NCBI GenBank assembly: GCA_907165135.1
Contig: OU015566.1
Location: forward strand, 10,974,001 to 11,038,000
From: Oikopleura dioica
Lineage: Eukaryota; Animalia; Chordata
Reading direction: 5' to 3'
DNA length: 64,000 nucleotides
The position numbers and the translations under genes were made by a program. Positions 1-13,126 of the stretch are shown piece by piece. Below the pieces are notes generated by a model that ran no database searches, was not told the origin of the DNA, and saw nothing but the letters and a program-made list of their open reading frames with translations. Within the stretch, counting starts at the first letter, position 1. Each line of letters opens with the position of its first letter.

Positions 1-51
1 CCGTTCCAATTATCAATTTTAGATAAATGAGATCGTGAGACGTCTGAAAAT

Positions 52-3000
52 ATGGTCGGGAATGAGCAGATTCTATATGATCGAATCGTTATCCCACAAG
101 AATGGGAGAGCGAGACCACTGAGCGAAAAATTGAACCCGACAAAACGGTCCTGATATCTGTCGCAGGAACTCTAGCGCGAATCTTCTCTAATTTCAACAT
201 CTTCAGCACGTCTGATACTCTAACAGTAAGTCTTTCTTTTTGAATTCTTCAATATCAATTTTCAGCTCCCATCAACGCTAGTTAAATTCATCTCTTCCTG
301 TAACCCATGGCAAGTCTCTCGCTCTCCATGTGGCGAATTCCTCCTTATCATCCAACGAACCCATCTCGAGCTTCGATCATCCGCTGACGATTTTGAATCA
401 TGTCGACGTTGCCAAATTCCAAAGGACAAAAACCCAGAGTGGCGGAAAGTCTTTTGGTCCGGCCGAGCTTGGAACAAGGGCCAAGGCGCATTTGCGCTGA
501 CTCATTCTTCCGGGAAGATCTTTCTCTTCTCCCACGATCTTGTCATTGAAGGACGACTAGATAAACCGACGATGAACACGACTGCGGTGTTGAGCGATTC
601 GCTGGCTGGGGTTTTCTTTCCAGAAATTTATCCTGGAAGAGTTTTCGCGGTTTATCGAAATAGCGAATTCGTTGTTTTTGAGATGGATAAAAAAGGAAGA
701 TCCAGTATTGTGACCGAGGGGAGTTTAGGAGAGGGCAGCATAGTTATTGATATTTTATGACGAGTAAAGAATTATATTTATAAATAGCAATCAGAAAATT
801 CTCTCTGACCATCCATCCTTCATAAATTTAAACAAAGAGACGAAGCGAACGAAGCTTCGAATTGAAAATTCATATACTAAGCAATCCAATTCAAATTACT
901 AGCCTAGTAAAAGATCAGACATTTGGCGTTGAACATGCTATCTGGTCTGACGAGCATCAACTCCTCATCACCGTCGGAGGATCAAACGAAAGACAAGATA
1001 AGTTCTCTGGAACTGTGGCTTGGAGAATCGTTGACGATGAGACTTACGGAATTAATTTTTCCCGAGCAGCGCCGATTGTTGAAGGCTCAAAATTTTTGAC
1101 AAAAGTCGGGGGAACTCTCAGGAGTTTCTTGGGCGCAGCCGATATCCCTTGCTCGTATAATGTGTCCATATCTCCGGATCACTCAAAGGTAAGAGAAGAA
1201 GGCTTGAGTGATGATTTTGTAAACGCAAGATTACGTAAAGCTCCGTTTTGTGACAGTCATAATTGACATGTTGCTACTTATAAATGGAATAAACACTTGT
1301 TTGAAATAATTAAAATCCAATTATAAACAACGTCTGACTTTATGTAATCCAATCATTTCTTTTTTTATGCATTTTCATATATAATTATCAAAGGTGATCG
1401 TCACATCACTCGCAGGAGAGATTCTTCTCTTCTCTCTTCCCAATCTTTCACCAATTGGAAGCTGGAAGGTCGACGAATTTCCTTTTGCAAAAGAACTTCA
1501 CCCCGATCGAGCATGCTCTGTCCTTCTTGATAATGAAGTTCCCAGCGCACTCCAAACCATTCCGACGTCTATCACGTGGTGGGATGATGAGCATGTTATT
1601 TTGTCGAGGATCTGCGGGACTATTTCGATCCACTCGTTGGTTGACGATCTCGGGCTTGTTTCAGAAGTAGAGTGGGCCAGTCCATGGGCGTCCCTGTCTG
1701 ATGCCAAAGGAGGATCTGTTCTTGGACTGGAGTGCTCGATAAATGTGGAAAATAATTCAAAAGTGAGGGCTCCACGGTGACATTCTCATACCCACACTAC
1801 TAGTTATAGCAAATGCTATAAGAATTCTTATTTACTCATACACTTGGTGAAAACTTATTGACCTGATGTTTAATTTTTAAATCTGGCATCATTTTAGTAA
1901 CGGTGATAGAATAATAATTAAAGTTATTTTTCTATTTTCGGTGCGTTCATTTCATTAGCCTGTGAACAGATGATGATATTTTTATAAAGAAACATCCGTC
2001 CGTTGGATCATCTTTGCTGAATCTTACAAAGAGCTTCTTGTTCTATTTGACTGATTTGGAAGCGTTTCAGGTAAGAAAAGATTGAGTGTTTCAATAAAAA
2101 TTAAATCAATTGATTCAGGACGACAACTCTAGCTATGACATGGTAACCCGTGAATATTCCCTCTTTCGAGTCGATCGAACAACTCCTCAACAAATGTACA
2201 ATCGACTAATTGACGTAAATGACTTCCAAACAGCCCTGGCCGTGGCTGATCAGTTCGATCTGGACCCTGATCTTGTTTTTCAAAAACGCTGGGAGACGTC
2301 TGACCATGGACCTCAAGCAATTGAAGATTTCCTGAGTAGAATTCGTTGCCGAAAATACATTCTCAGCCAGATCTACTCCAAAATCCCAGCGAGTCCTGCT
2401 TCAATCATCAGTTTGCTCGAATATGGTCTCAGAGGAACTGATATCGATGTTCTGGAAAAACTCGGAAACGAAGAAAGCGATGAATTTTTTCCTTGGATTC
2501 CGGAAACAAATATCGACTACACGGAAGATGATTCCGTCGAAGATCTCGATTACAGACGAAGAGTTCTCTCAAAATTCGACTTTTCAAAGCTCAACAAAGA
2601 GCAAGTTTCCCTGCTGAAAGAAAGAATGACGATTCAGCGTTACCTTTCCCGCTTGCGAACCTTTGAAGATCTCAACCCTCGGTCACCGGATGGACCTTTC
2701 TTATCAGAACAATACAGACGATTTCGCGATGTAGATTTAATCGAGTACGCGTCACTGTGTTCAAGAAAGGGCGACGCGCGCAGCTTAGAAATCCTCTTTC
2801 GACATCATAATGAGCTTGTTCCACATCGCTTGGCACTTCTTTCGTCGTTTCCTGAAAGTTTGAGTCTTGATACGTATAAGCATCTTTTACCGAAGATCAA
2901 CCCAGCAACTTCTCAGCCGATTCCTATCAAGCATTCTGAAGCTGTTTCTTTCAATTGGTGTAATTCTGAGCTTTTGACGCGATATTTTGAAAAGCCCAAA

Positions 3001-6000
3001 TCTGGTGATTTTCTTTATGATCAATTTTTCCCATCTCTCAAACCAACAGAAGAACTAACAACAGAAGAAATCGCTGATTGGTATTGCTCCAGGGCTGAAG
3101 AGATCGAAGCAAGAACTGGTATCATTGAGCTTTCCCTTGAAATGCTCAACATCGCTGCTGAAAATTCTATCCCAAGATGTTTTCTGGATAACAAACTTGC
3201 TTCTTACAAGCTTGATTTCAAAGATCTAGCAGAGTTTGTCTATGTTTGGGAGATTCACCACGACGTCTCTCTTGCCAGCTTCAAGACTTTATCCACAAGA
3301 GCGAAAATCAACATAATTCTCAGTCGAATCAATGACCACGAAACTGATAAGGGTCTCTCGCTAATAAAAGCATTAATGGACGATGAAGAAATAAAAGAAT
3401 CAGGCTCAAGAATGACGATTTTGAAGGAAATAATCGAAAATGACGGTCTTTGGTTCACCGAACTTGTTTTGGAAAAGAAATTTTTGACAGTACAAGACGA
3501 AGTTTTCGAGCTTATCATCTTCTTAGCCTTTATGGATTCGCGGCAGATCTCACAGAAATTAGAAATGATCCTTAATCATGTTCCAGAAGAGCTAACGAAG
3601 AACCAAGAGTTCCAAATTGCCGAGATTCGTGGCATTTTAGAGTGTCAAAAGATCATCTCAAAATGGGGCGGAGCTGATTATACATTGTACGATTTGTCCG
3701 AACGCTCAAAGAGTACATCAAACAGCGTTGTCGAAAATCTCTTCAACCTTCTTGTGAATAAAACCCGTAACAACAGAGAACCAGAAAGCATCGATCAAAG
3801 GGTCTGGATTGAACTCTTTGAAGATATTCTTTCTTTGAGGAGCAAGCTTTTCCAGCGTCTTTCGATCAAATCTACGATCCAGACATTTGTTCATCACTTG
3901 CTCACCTTTGCTGGGAAAGATAACCGATACATCGGGTTCGTTGAACCGTTTTTATGCCAAACAAAATCATTTGAAAAAGATCTCGTCATCGAGGACGACT
4001 ATCTTTTATCTGAAGAGTATCCAAAGATATACATCTTGTGTTTTGAGGACTCTGCTGAGACAGTCATTCAAGCTGCAGATGATTATCTTGTGAGTGCATC
4101 GGACGTCAATGATCCTTACATTCTCACTTCTCTTCGGATTCTTAATCTCATTGACGTCGAGGAAGAATCTGGCATTTTTGATCGAGTCTCTTCAAATGTC
4201 GCTGGTCTTCAGGAACGTGATTATATAAATCTACGTTTTCTGTATTTCATTTCCCAGTATCAATCACCATGAAAGATCCTTCAATTCCTTTCCAAGAAAG
4301 GTACCAGGCTTCTACCTCACGTGATCATCAACGATGCCCGCAAAAATCCGCGAAAGCTCATGAGCGCGATTTCTACTGAATCTCCTTGGAGTCCCAACGA
4401 TGCTACGCTTTTCATTTCACTTCTGTCGAATATTTCAAAAGATCACAAAAATATTGAAGAAGAACTATTCGTTCTATCAGCACAAGAATCGCTCAAGAAT
4501 CAGTTTTGGGATTTCCTGGAAGAATTTGCATTTGAAATCGCGAATGGAAGAATTGAGAGCTACGCCGCGGCTGATTTCTGCTTTGAAGTCGGTAAAAACG
4601 CACATAGATGCGTCAAGCATCGAAATGAAATATTAATGCACGCGCTCAACTTCTGTGACGACAGCAAAATTGAAGAGATCCTGGATTTAATCGACCAGGA
4701 GGTTGATGACGAGTTGTTTACGTCTGCCGTGGATGTGTTCCAGTCTTTGATTCCTTCCGCCGCTTTGAATACGATTTCCAACACGGTAATCGGCGTCAAG
4801 CGTTTAGGTTCGTCTGGAGTCGATGACGAGGGGGCCGACGTAGAAAATTTGCCGAAGAAGAAGATCAGGCGCTCGACGATAACTGACAAAAAAGGGAATG
4901 GGTATAACCATGAATCATCAGATTTTTTCAAACCGGATATTCGCAGAAAATAATTAAATCTTTTGAAATATACCCTTTATAATAGAGAAGGAGCTATTCC
5001 TTGAAGCAATCAAAGACCTCTCAGATCCCGCTAAATTTTCAATCGCTCTTTGTTGTTACTCAGCTTCCGCGTTAGAAGAAGTTCCTGATTCCGAGGAAAC
5101 GCTCCAGTTGAAAGCGTATTTCGCAGCTGAAAGCGATCCCAAGTCAACCGAGTCGGTCTCAGATGTTATTCTCCGTAAGATTGCATATATTCCTATAATT
5201 TGTATTTCTAATAACAATTAAGGCTCCCCGGAAAACGATGAATACAAAGCGCTTGCAAAATTCATCCAGGGCGACTCATTATCCTATTATGGCGTGGATG
5301 CAGAGCAATTTGCCGCTGATCCGGAATACCGTAGAGATACGATTTTGGGGCTCGCTGAAACTGAAGATCCCGACCAATACAAGTTCGCGATGGATTTGGC
5401 TTCGGAAAATGATGTAGACACTTTTGATATGGCGATGAGTTTCTTAGAGAATGCGCTGATCAATGGAGAAGTATCAGAAATAAACATGCAGAAATACGCT
5501 GAAATGGCGAAGGATAAGCGATTCAAAGAACGACTTGAGGGATATTGCTGGAAAAATATTAAAGGAAGTGACCACGGTCGACTAGAAACCTATTTTGATC
5601 TTCGGAAGCTGTATTCATCCGACACTCTCAAAGAAGAAGAATTATTCTACGCTCTTCAATCAGTTTGCTTAGAAAGATTCGATCTGAAGAAAATACTCAA
5701 TAGTGGAATCGATTCAATCGTCGAAACATTCAAAACAGTGGAGGGAGAACCTCCTTCGCTCTTCATAGAAGTCGATCAAATTTTGAAACATTTTGAGATC
5801 TCGAGTGATAAGATCTTCGCGAGGAGAATGTTAAAGAAATACATTCAAGAAGGATTTATCGCTGAAGATTTGTTGGAACTCAGAAATTATTTGGGAGACG
5901 ATGAATATGTAGTCAGATGTTTCATGGAAGTAGTCAGCAACAATCTCAAAACTGAAGATTTGGAAAATGAGATGTTTTTCGCAAAAGACTTCATTATGAA

Positions 6001-9000
6001 TCTTTTATTGGAAGATGAGTGGATACGAGAAAGAAGTGAGAAGCTAAAAACACTCCTCAACACTCCCAGTGATTATGACGTGTCGGATTTAATTAAACCG
6101 TATCTTGATGGATCTGACGTAACTGATGTTCTACTCTCAAAATTCAACTGGCAGAAAGATTATCTCGAGCTCACATCCCATTTCAGCTGTGACGTTGAAA
6201 ATATTGTTGGTAACCTTGTAAAAACGTCACTACACGGCCCAGTAGAGCTTGAAGAACTCGCGCATATTCTCAGGTAGTTTTATAGCAGAAGATATAGATC
6301 GCTCAATTTTAGATGCGATTGAATCTTTTTCCTTTGATTGAATTATTTATTCTCATTTGAAGGTCTGACGAAGCACTTTTCACGACCTCCGTTTGCCGTA
6401 AATTTTCTGAAAAAGCTCCGAAGATCGAACTCTTCTTGTCCGCCTGCTCCAAACTTCAACATCTTTTTTCGTCCCTTTCCGACCCCGAGTCCCTTCTACT
6501 CTCGTACATTGATGAATTTGAATCGTGCCCATCGTCAAATGAAATAATTATCTCCAAAAATATCCAACAAGCAGAAGAGATCAAGTCCCTCGTCAATGAC
6601 GATAACTCGGATCGATTTGGTTGTGTAGTCGCACGATGTTCCTTCTTTATCCGCTTCCATGAGTATTTATTGACAGTCAATTTGGAAGACTCCTCGAATA
6701 CTATTGGGGAAAATATCAATCAAAAACTGGCATTTGTTTATGACAAAATTGATGGTTATAAATATGACGAGCTGAATAAATACCTGTCTTTTAAACTAGA
6801 GTCAGTACCTTCTGAAGCGGAGCGAATCTCGAAGAATAAAGCTCTGGTGGAAAGCCTCAAAGATCTAGATGAAATTGTAGATGCAAAAAAGCTCATCGAA
6901 GGAGAAGGCATCTCTAATCTGGTGGATCTAACCTTGTCCTCGGTTTACATCATTGATGACTCTGTTGAAGTTCTTGATTTGTACTCTCCTGATCATTTTG
7001 TGAAACAATGGGCGCAAGAAAAAGGAACGACCATTTCGCCGGGTGATATCAAAAGGCTGGTTGAGCACTTGGATCAGGAAACTAGAATCGATATCGCAAA
7101 AGATCTCGCCGTGAAAAGCGAAGTAGACATTGACTCAGCAGACAGCATCAAGAAGCACATTTTTACGCTAAAAATCTGTTATCATTTGTCCGAAGACACC
7201 GAGAGTGCTCAAGATTTCAGAGCTCAAGGAAAGAATCTATCACTTTTCCTGCAAGAGCCCCTCTGTTACTACCATTTGCAAGCAAAAAAGACGATTTATG
7301 CCACCATCGATTGTGAAGAAAAGCTTTTGGCCGCTCTCCGAAGTCTCAAAGACTCTGAAAAATGGCTCGATTTACTCAATCAACTATCGTCTTTCATCTC
7401 GGAAGTGAGCTTGGCGACTCTCGTACGGCCAGAAATAGCCTCTTCATTATCTTCAAAGGGAGATTTTTTCCATCAACTTTCTGCTTTCAAAGAAGCTGGC
7501 TTCAGCAAGTCTGAAGTTTCTTCTTGGATTGCCTCGACCTTTGAAAATGATACACCGGCAGTGGAAGTTTTTATATCAGCCTGCGTAGGAATACCAGAAC
7601 TACTTCAAATGGTTCCGGAAAAGCGTAAAAATCAGCTGATAGATGGCTTCACGGATAATCTTGTTCAGCGTGAAATCAAGGATGAGATTACATTTCATCG
7701 TGACCTGGCTCTCGCGAAATCTTTGCTGGAACAAATTTGTCCTGCTAAGAAAGGAAAAGTTTCTATTCTTTATGAATAATTTTAAAATAACCATCGTATC
7801 GATATTTAAATTCCTAGGAGTGTTCAACTCAGCACGATAATTATTTGATAAAACAAGAGCAATGGTGTATTTCTCATAATTATTTTCATATCAAAACTTA
7901 TTAAAGAGCTTCAAAAACTCGTGTTTATCATGGATCTGCTGTCGACTATTCTTGCCGATGACGACAACGCCCATATTTCTGAAGTAAATTCTTTAAAAAC
8001 AAGCTTCATCGATGGTCAGCCAAGTCTTGAAAATATTGCGAAACTGGCAAAATTCTGTAGTGCGTCTCAATGGATTGAGTTTGTGAAAGAAGTAATTTCT
8101 GAGAACGAAGATCTTTCTTTGAAAATTATTATTCATTACGTCGTGAAGGTGAACATTGAAAATTTACAGGAAAGCGATTGAAAGCTTTTAATTATCTTTT
8201 TTTTTGTACTTTGTATACAGGAATTCCCGTACGTATATCGGTTTTACTGATCGCATCTCAGGAACTTAGTAAACTCCTCGATGGTTTATCGCTTATCAAC
8301 TCATCTTTTGAAGAAGACAAAAAGATGAAAGAATTGATCAACACTGGTCTCGCCCGTTCTATCGAGATCAAGACCTACGAGCTTGATATTTACTTGTTCG
8401 TTCTTCAGAAGTTCCCTATAGCACTTGAATGCGTTGAAGATTACTCAGTTTACGATACCATGATTTCGATGATTCAAAATCCACCTGACTTGACTTCGAA
8501 CTCAACGACGCAAGCGCTGGAAAATCTTCAAAAGCTGAAGAAAGTCTTAAAACGCGCTGGCAGACCACTCGATATTGTTTCCAAGTGGATAAATATTTTC
8601 CGCCTTTTATCATCTGATCCAATGCAAGACTTGCTCTTTATCAATTGTTGCGTCGTCGAAGAGATCTTTGAAAGGTTTTTGGCGAATGAATCCGTCCTTG
8701 ATCTGATTCTAAAACAGAGAGAAACTCTCGAGGAGCAAGATTATTGGGACAGTGTTGTGTCTCTCCTGGTGGAAATTGATCGTGATTATGAAACTTCTTT
8801 CAATGCCGAAGAAAGTCCTGAGCAACCAGAGATTTCTATCTGCTTACCAAAACTTGAAATGACAGAGGTAAACAATGAAGAAGAGGAAGGATGGAATGAG
8901 GACGACAGCGATCTCGACCTTCCTGACGATGATGAGATGTTGGAGGGTCAGGAAGAGGACTTCGAAGAAAAGGATAAATCTTATCATGAAATGGAAACGG

Positions 9001-11111
9001 CTGATGCTGTTCCATTAGATCAAGAAGTTGACCTGAATGTGGAACACCAAAATATCGCAGCGGAATGCGAATCATCAAAACGAATATCCGAAGAAGAGGA
9101 AGACGAGAATGAGGGGTGGAACAACGGCGAAGAAAGTGATCTCGATTTACCAGATGAGAACGAAGAACTCCCGGAGTCTGAAATAAATCTCGCAGAAGAG
9201 AGATCAGAGGGAGAAAGTCAAGCACCATCAGATGAAAAAGAATCTGAAAACGTCCAAGAAAGGCTGCCTTCGGAAGAGAATGATCAATCTAAAGAAGTAA
9301 TACCAGAAGAAAATCAGTCAACAGGGCGACCGGATTGGAATGAAGATGAGAGCGATATCGAGCTTCCTTCAGATCACGAAGATGATCAAACTCCACCTCT
9401 ATCGGACTTGCAAACTGAAAATGTCGTAGCTTTTCAAGATGATGCCACGGAAAATCAGGAGCATCCAGCTTGCCATGAAGAGGACCAAAATCTTCCTGTT
9501 TCCACTGAAGACGAAAAGTTGACAGAGAAAACTGGATGGGAAAACGAGGAAAGAAACATCGATCTTCCTTCGGATAAGAAGAGTGAGCATCACTCACTTT
9601 TGCCAGAAGACCCTGTTCAGATGAAATCAGACATCCAGGATGAAACCAAGGAGATTGAGCCCATGGATAAGCCAAGCAGTGATAAATATTGCAATAAAGA
9701 TCAAGATGAATCAAGTACTGAAGACGTTCCAATGACTGATGATCAAGAGGCTGTTGAGTCAGAAACTGGCTGGGCGAATGAAGAGAGTGATATCGATCTA
9801 CCATCCGATTCTGAGGTCGGGGAAATTACAGATAGCCTTCCCGAAACTGTCCCTGTCTCCTCAGACTTTTCTTCCGTGCCAGTTATGGAAATTGTCGAAA
9901 GATCAGCATCTGAGGTCTCCTCTGAGAATGCTGGTTGGAATAATAATGAAAGTGATCTCGAGATCCCTTCTGATTCCGAGGATGAATCTCAAGCTACTAT
10001 TCCGGACACTCTGATAGACGAACTCCCAGTAACGAAGTCTGAACAGCCTCCTAAAGATAGCGAAGTTGATCTCCCATCAGATGATGTACAAGATGAGCAC
10101 GACGCGAGTATATGCATAGATGAAAAATCCGCTGTCACAGAGGATCAGCTACCCGTGAAAACAAATGACCGCCCATCAATCACTCCCGTATCTGATTCAA
10201 GCTCCAACCAAGGGTGGGACAACGAAGAAAGCGATCTAGATCTTCCATCTGATGACGAAGATGAGTGTCAGAGTCCTCGTGAAGCCGAAATCGTCAGCAA
10301 AACTGATGACATCAAAGATGAAGAAAAGTCTGGTTGGGATAATGACGAAGAAAGCGACCTGGATCTACCGTCTGGTGATGAAGGCGACTCTCAAATTGCT
10401 TTAGCAGAAGCACCAGTTATTGGAAACGCGCATTCCGAGATATTATCACAAAGTTTGGTGTCAGCCGAAAGAGATGACGTTGAAAAAGAAGGCTGGCAAC
10501 ATGACGACGAAAGCGATCTGGATCTCCCATCAGATTCAGATGTTGATGACGGAGGGCCTGAAGTTAAATCGCCAAGTCCTGAAGGCTGGGGCGAAGACGG
10601 CAGCGATTTGGATCTCGGGTCAAATGAGCCTCCCTCCCCTTCACCTGATGATAATAAATCTCCAGAGCCAGAAGGATGGAATCAAGAAAATGACCTCGAT
10701 CTTGATGAAGACAATTCAGATGAGGAAAATGAGGGTTGGGAAGATGATGATTTGGATATTGAAGACGATGAAGTGGAAGAGCAACAAAATACCCAAGACT
10801 TGGAAGGACTTATTGTAAGATATCACAGTGCTTTGAGAAATCCTGACTCAGAACAAGATGTTAAAGGACTTCTTACAGGGATGGTTTTCGATAATGATAT
10901 TTTATATTTTTATAGCCCAGACAGAACTATCATCGGCAATAAATTATAATTTATGACATCTAATCGAAAACATCAATAAGCACTCCGAGACAATGGTGAA
11001 TTTCAAAAGGCGTCTATACTTATTCTACGGTTACGAAACACACACCCTGCTTTTCTGAACCAATCTGCTCTCCGTGCTGCTGATATTTGGGAACAAGACA
11101 TGGATCTTTAA
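52..11111 (+). CDS. NBAS: NBAS/Sec39 (NRZ tethering complex subunit), multi-exon
   Basis: The N-terminus EQILYDRIVIPQEWESET and exon 2 LPSTLVKF...ELRSSADDF...CQIPKDKNPEWRKVFW match the vertebrate NBAS N-terminus. DAEQFAADPEYRRDTILGLAET at 5297 is a conserved NBAS motif. The last exon FQKASILILRLRNTHPAF...SALRAADIW matches the NBAS C-terminus; stop at 11109-11111. Confidence 0.93.
8880..10770 (+). repeat. Coding array of acidic Trp motifs GW-x(3-5)-(S)DLDLP(SD) within NBAS
   Basis: ORF 8178..10949 contains 12 Trp-bearing copies (e.g. EGWNEDDSDLDLPDD, TGWANEESDIDLPSD, QGWDNEESDLDLPSD, EGWEDDDLDIEDD) and one Trp-less copy (DSEVDLPSDD). Confidence 0.95.
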
Positions 11112-11245
11112 AAATACTGTAGAAATTTTTAACACTGTGCAATATTTAAAAATGCTAAACCTGCAATTTTTTTTGGTGACGCTGAACTGATAAAATATTT
11201 AATAATAAACAATCCAAAATTCCAAATGCACCTGTTTTTAGAAAC

Positions 11246-12372
11246 ATGGCGACAGAAGGTCTCAAAATAGCTCTTAATTCGCTCATACTGATACTAGAAA
11301 ATAGTATCGATGAATTTCCCCGTGGGCAACTTTCTCCGGAGCTTTTACGGCAAGCAAAGACTGATAATTTTTCCGTTCTAAAGGTATACTAATTTCCCAT
11401 TATATTGAATGTCCATTAAACTTCTAGCCATTTACGCAAATTCTTGAGCAAATTTCGCAGTTCCTGACAAAGAAAAATCTCAAGAGACTTACTGACGAAA
11501 TGAGCGTCGCGGAGCCCGATTGGAATTCACCGTCCGCGCTTTTGACGCTTTTTGCAATCATAAGTAACCCGTCCTTTGTTATTCAAGTTTTGAAATTCTT
11601 TTAGTTCATAAATTCAATATTGTGGAAGAGGCTTTCCGATTCTCGTCAAATACGTCAGATGCACTCAAGCGGGCAGTTGTTATTGAATCGAATAAGAAAC
11701 GTACTACTAATGTAACGAATCCTACACCCGATTCGGTTCTTTTTACCGTCGGGAAGATACGAAAATTGGCGGCAATGCTTGACGCCTCACAATATCCACC
11801 ACTTCCGCAGAATTTAAGGTTAGTCGATGTCGTATTTTTTAGATAAAATAACAATGATAGTCATTTATCATACGAAGAATTTATCCTTTCCCAAACCCCA
11901 AAAGCGGTTGAAAAACTCGACCAAACTCTTTCGAAGGGACTGATCGTTGTCAAAAATTATTTCATTTGGAAGGAAAGAGAGGATTATTTCTGGGCCTGGA
12001 TCATGCAATCCGTCAACTACGATCACTTCAATCGCTCAACTTTCGCTGGAAATCCACGAGTACATGACGATGCTAAGTTCCAGTGGGCAAGGTAATCATC
12101 AGACTATTTTTTAAACTCAAGCAATTTTCAGGACAGAAAAGCTTTTAGGTGCATTTGAAAAGGTACCAGCGCCGAAGTTCAAACCAGATCGACTAAAAGC
12201 CACAACGCAATTGAGCCTTGCCATGTCTCTCCAACTCAGCAAGGCATCAAATCAAATCCCAACATCTTCAAAAAAGCTTCAAGACGAAATTCAGCAACTT
12301 GAAAAAGATGCACAAAAAGTGCTAAATCAGAAAGTCAAAAAACTGCCCAAAGATATCATTCCTGTTTTTTAA
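11246..12372 (+). CDS. TEDC1: Tubulin epsilon and delta complex protein 1-like (C14orf80/DUF4509), 5 exons
   Basis: Hand-spliced: LSPELLRQAKTDN resembles TEDC1 PSPEIFRRAKFDR. HLSYEEFIL...YFIWKEREDYFWAWIMQSV resembles HLSFLETHL...LAWRRSELVFWRWMDTV. ATG at 11246, 4 nt after a tttttag acceptor. Confidence 0.62.
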
Positions 12373-12437
12373 GATCTGTTAATTCAATAAACTATTTTAT
12401 TTTTAAAAACTTTATTTTGAATAGCCTCAGATAATCA

Positions 12438-13045
12438 TGTTTATTAAGAATGAGCGCTATTTAAAATTATGAAAAACAATTTATTAAAACTCCAGGTTCT
12501 TGTTGCATTGGGCGTTTTCTTATCGACATGGAAGGCATTCCCAGAGCACAGCTTACGATTTCCGAAAAAATTCGAGGCCAATACTGTCTTATCGTCATTT
12601 ATTGAAGCAAGCAACTTTCCGGAATATGCTCTGCCGCCACTATTCAGTTTTCTTATTCGACCTGTTTTGGTATTCCTCGTTATTTTCAGCTCGACATTAT
12701 CTTTGGAGCTTTCTTGCATGGCGTTTTGTTATTTATTTGTAAATTTTGCTTTCCTGCAAAGTCTTCAACAGCCCTCATCAATATATTGCCTCTCGCTTTT
12801 CTTTCTTAAGAATATATTTTACTTCATTGGGGCCGATGGGCCGTTATCTTGGGGTCTCACGACTCTTATTTTTGCTGAAACTTCAGGTAAGAAAACTATT
12901 ATATGCATTGTTTTACAGTTGATTATTTAGTTTTATTGAGCAATCTTGTTCAACCAACTGGCTTGATCTTCATCCCATTATGTCTATATTTGATAAAAAC
13001 AACGTGCACTGGAAGGAAATTATCCAGAAAATTGGCAAGGTACGA
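12438..13045 (+). CDS. Uncharacterised hydrophobic/membrane protein (exon structure uncertain)
   Basis: Hydrophobic ORF 12469..12930 with apparent splice sites, directly downstream of the TEDC1-like gene; no recognised motif. Confidence 0.3.
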
Positions 13046-13126
13046 CGTCTATGTTTTAATAAAATAATTCATTCGGACTTTATTGTCAATAATGTTTTTG
13101 AAAGAAAGTTTCAACTGATTCGAAAA

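Noticed and set aside
4213-4276. In-frame TGA at 4270-4272 between two NBAS ORFs in the same frame (readthrough or selenocysteine?)
   Set aside because: A 64-nt GA-AG intron removes it and restores alignment to NBAS (GLQ|ILQFLSKKGTRLLP); no SECIS-like evidence.
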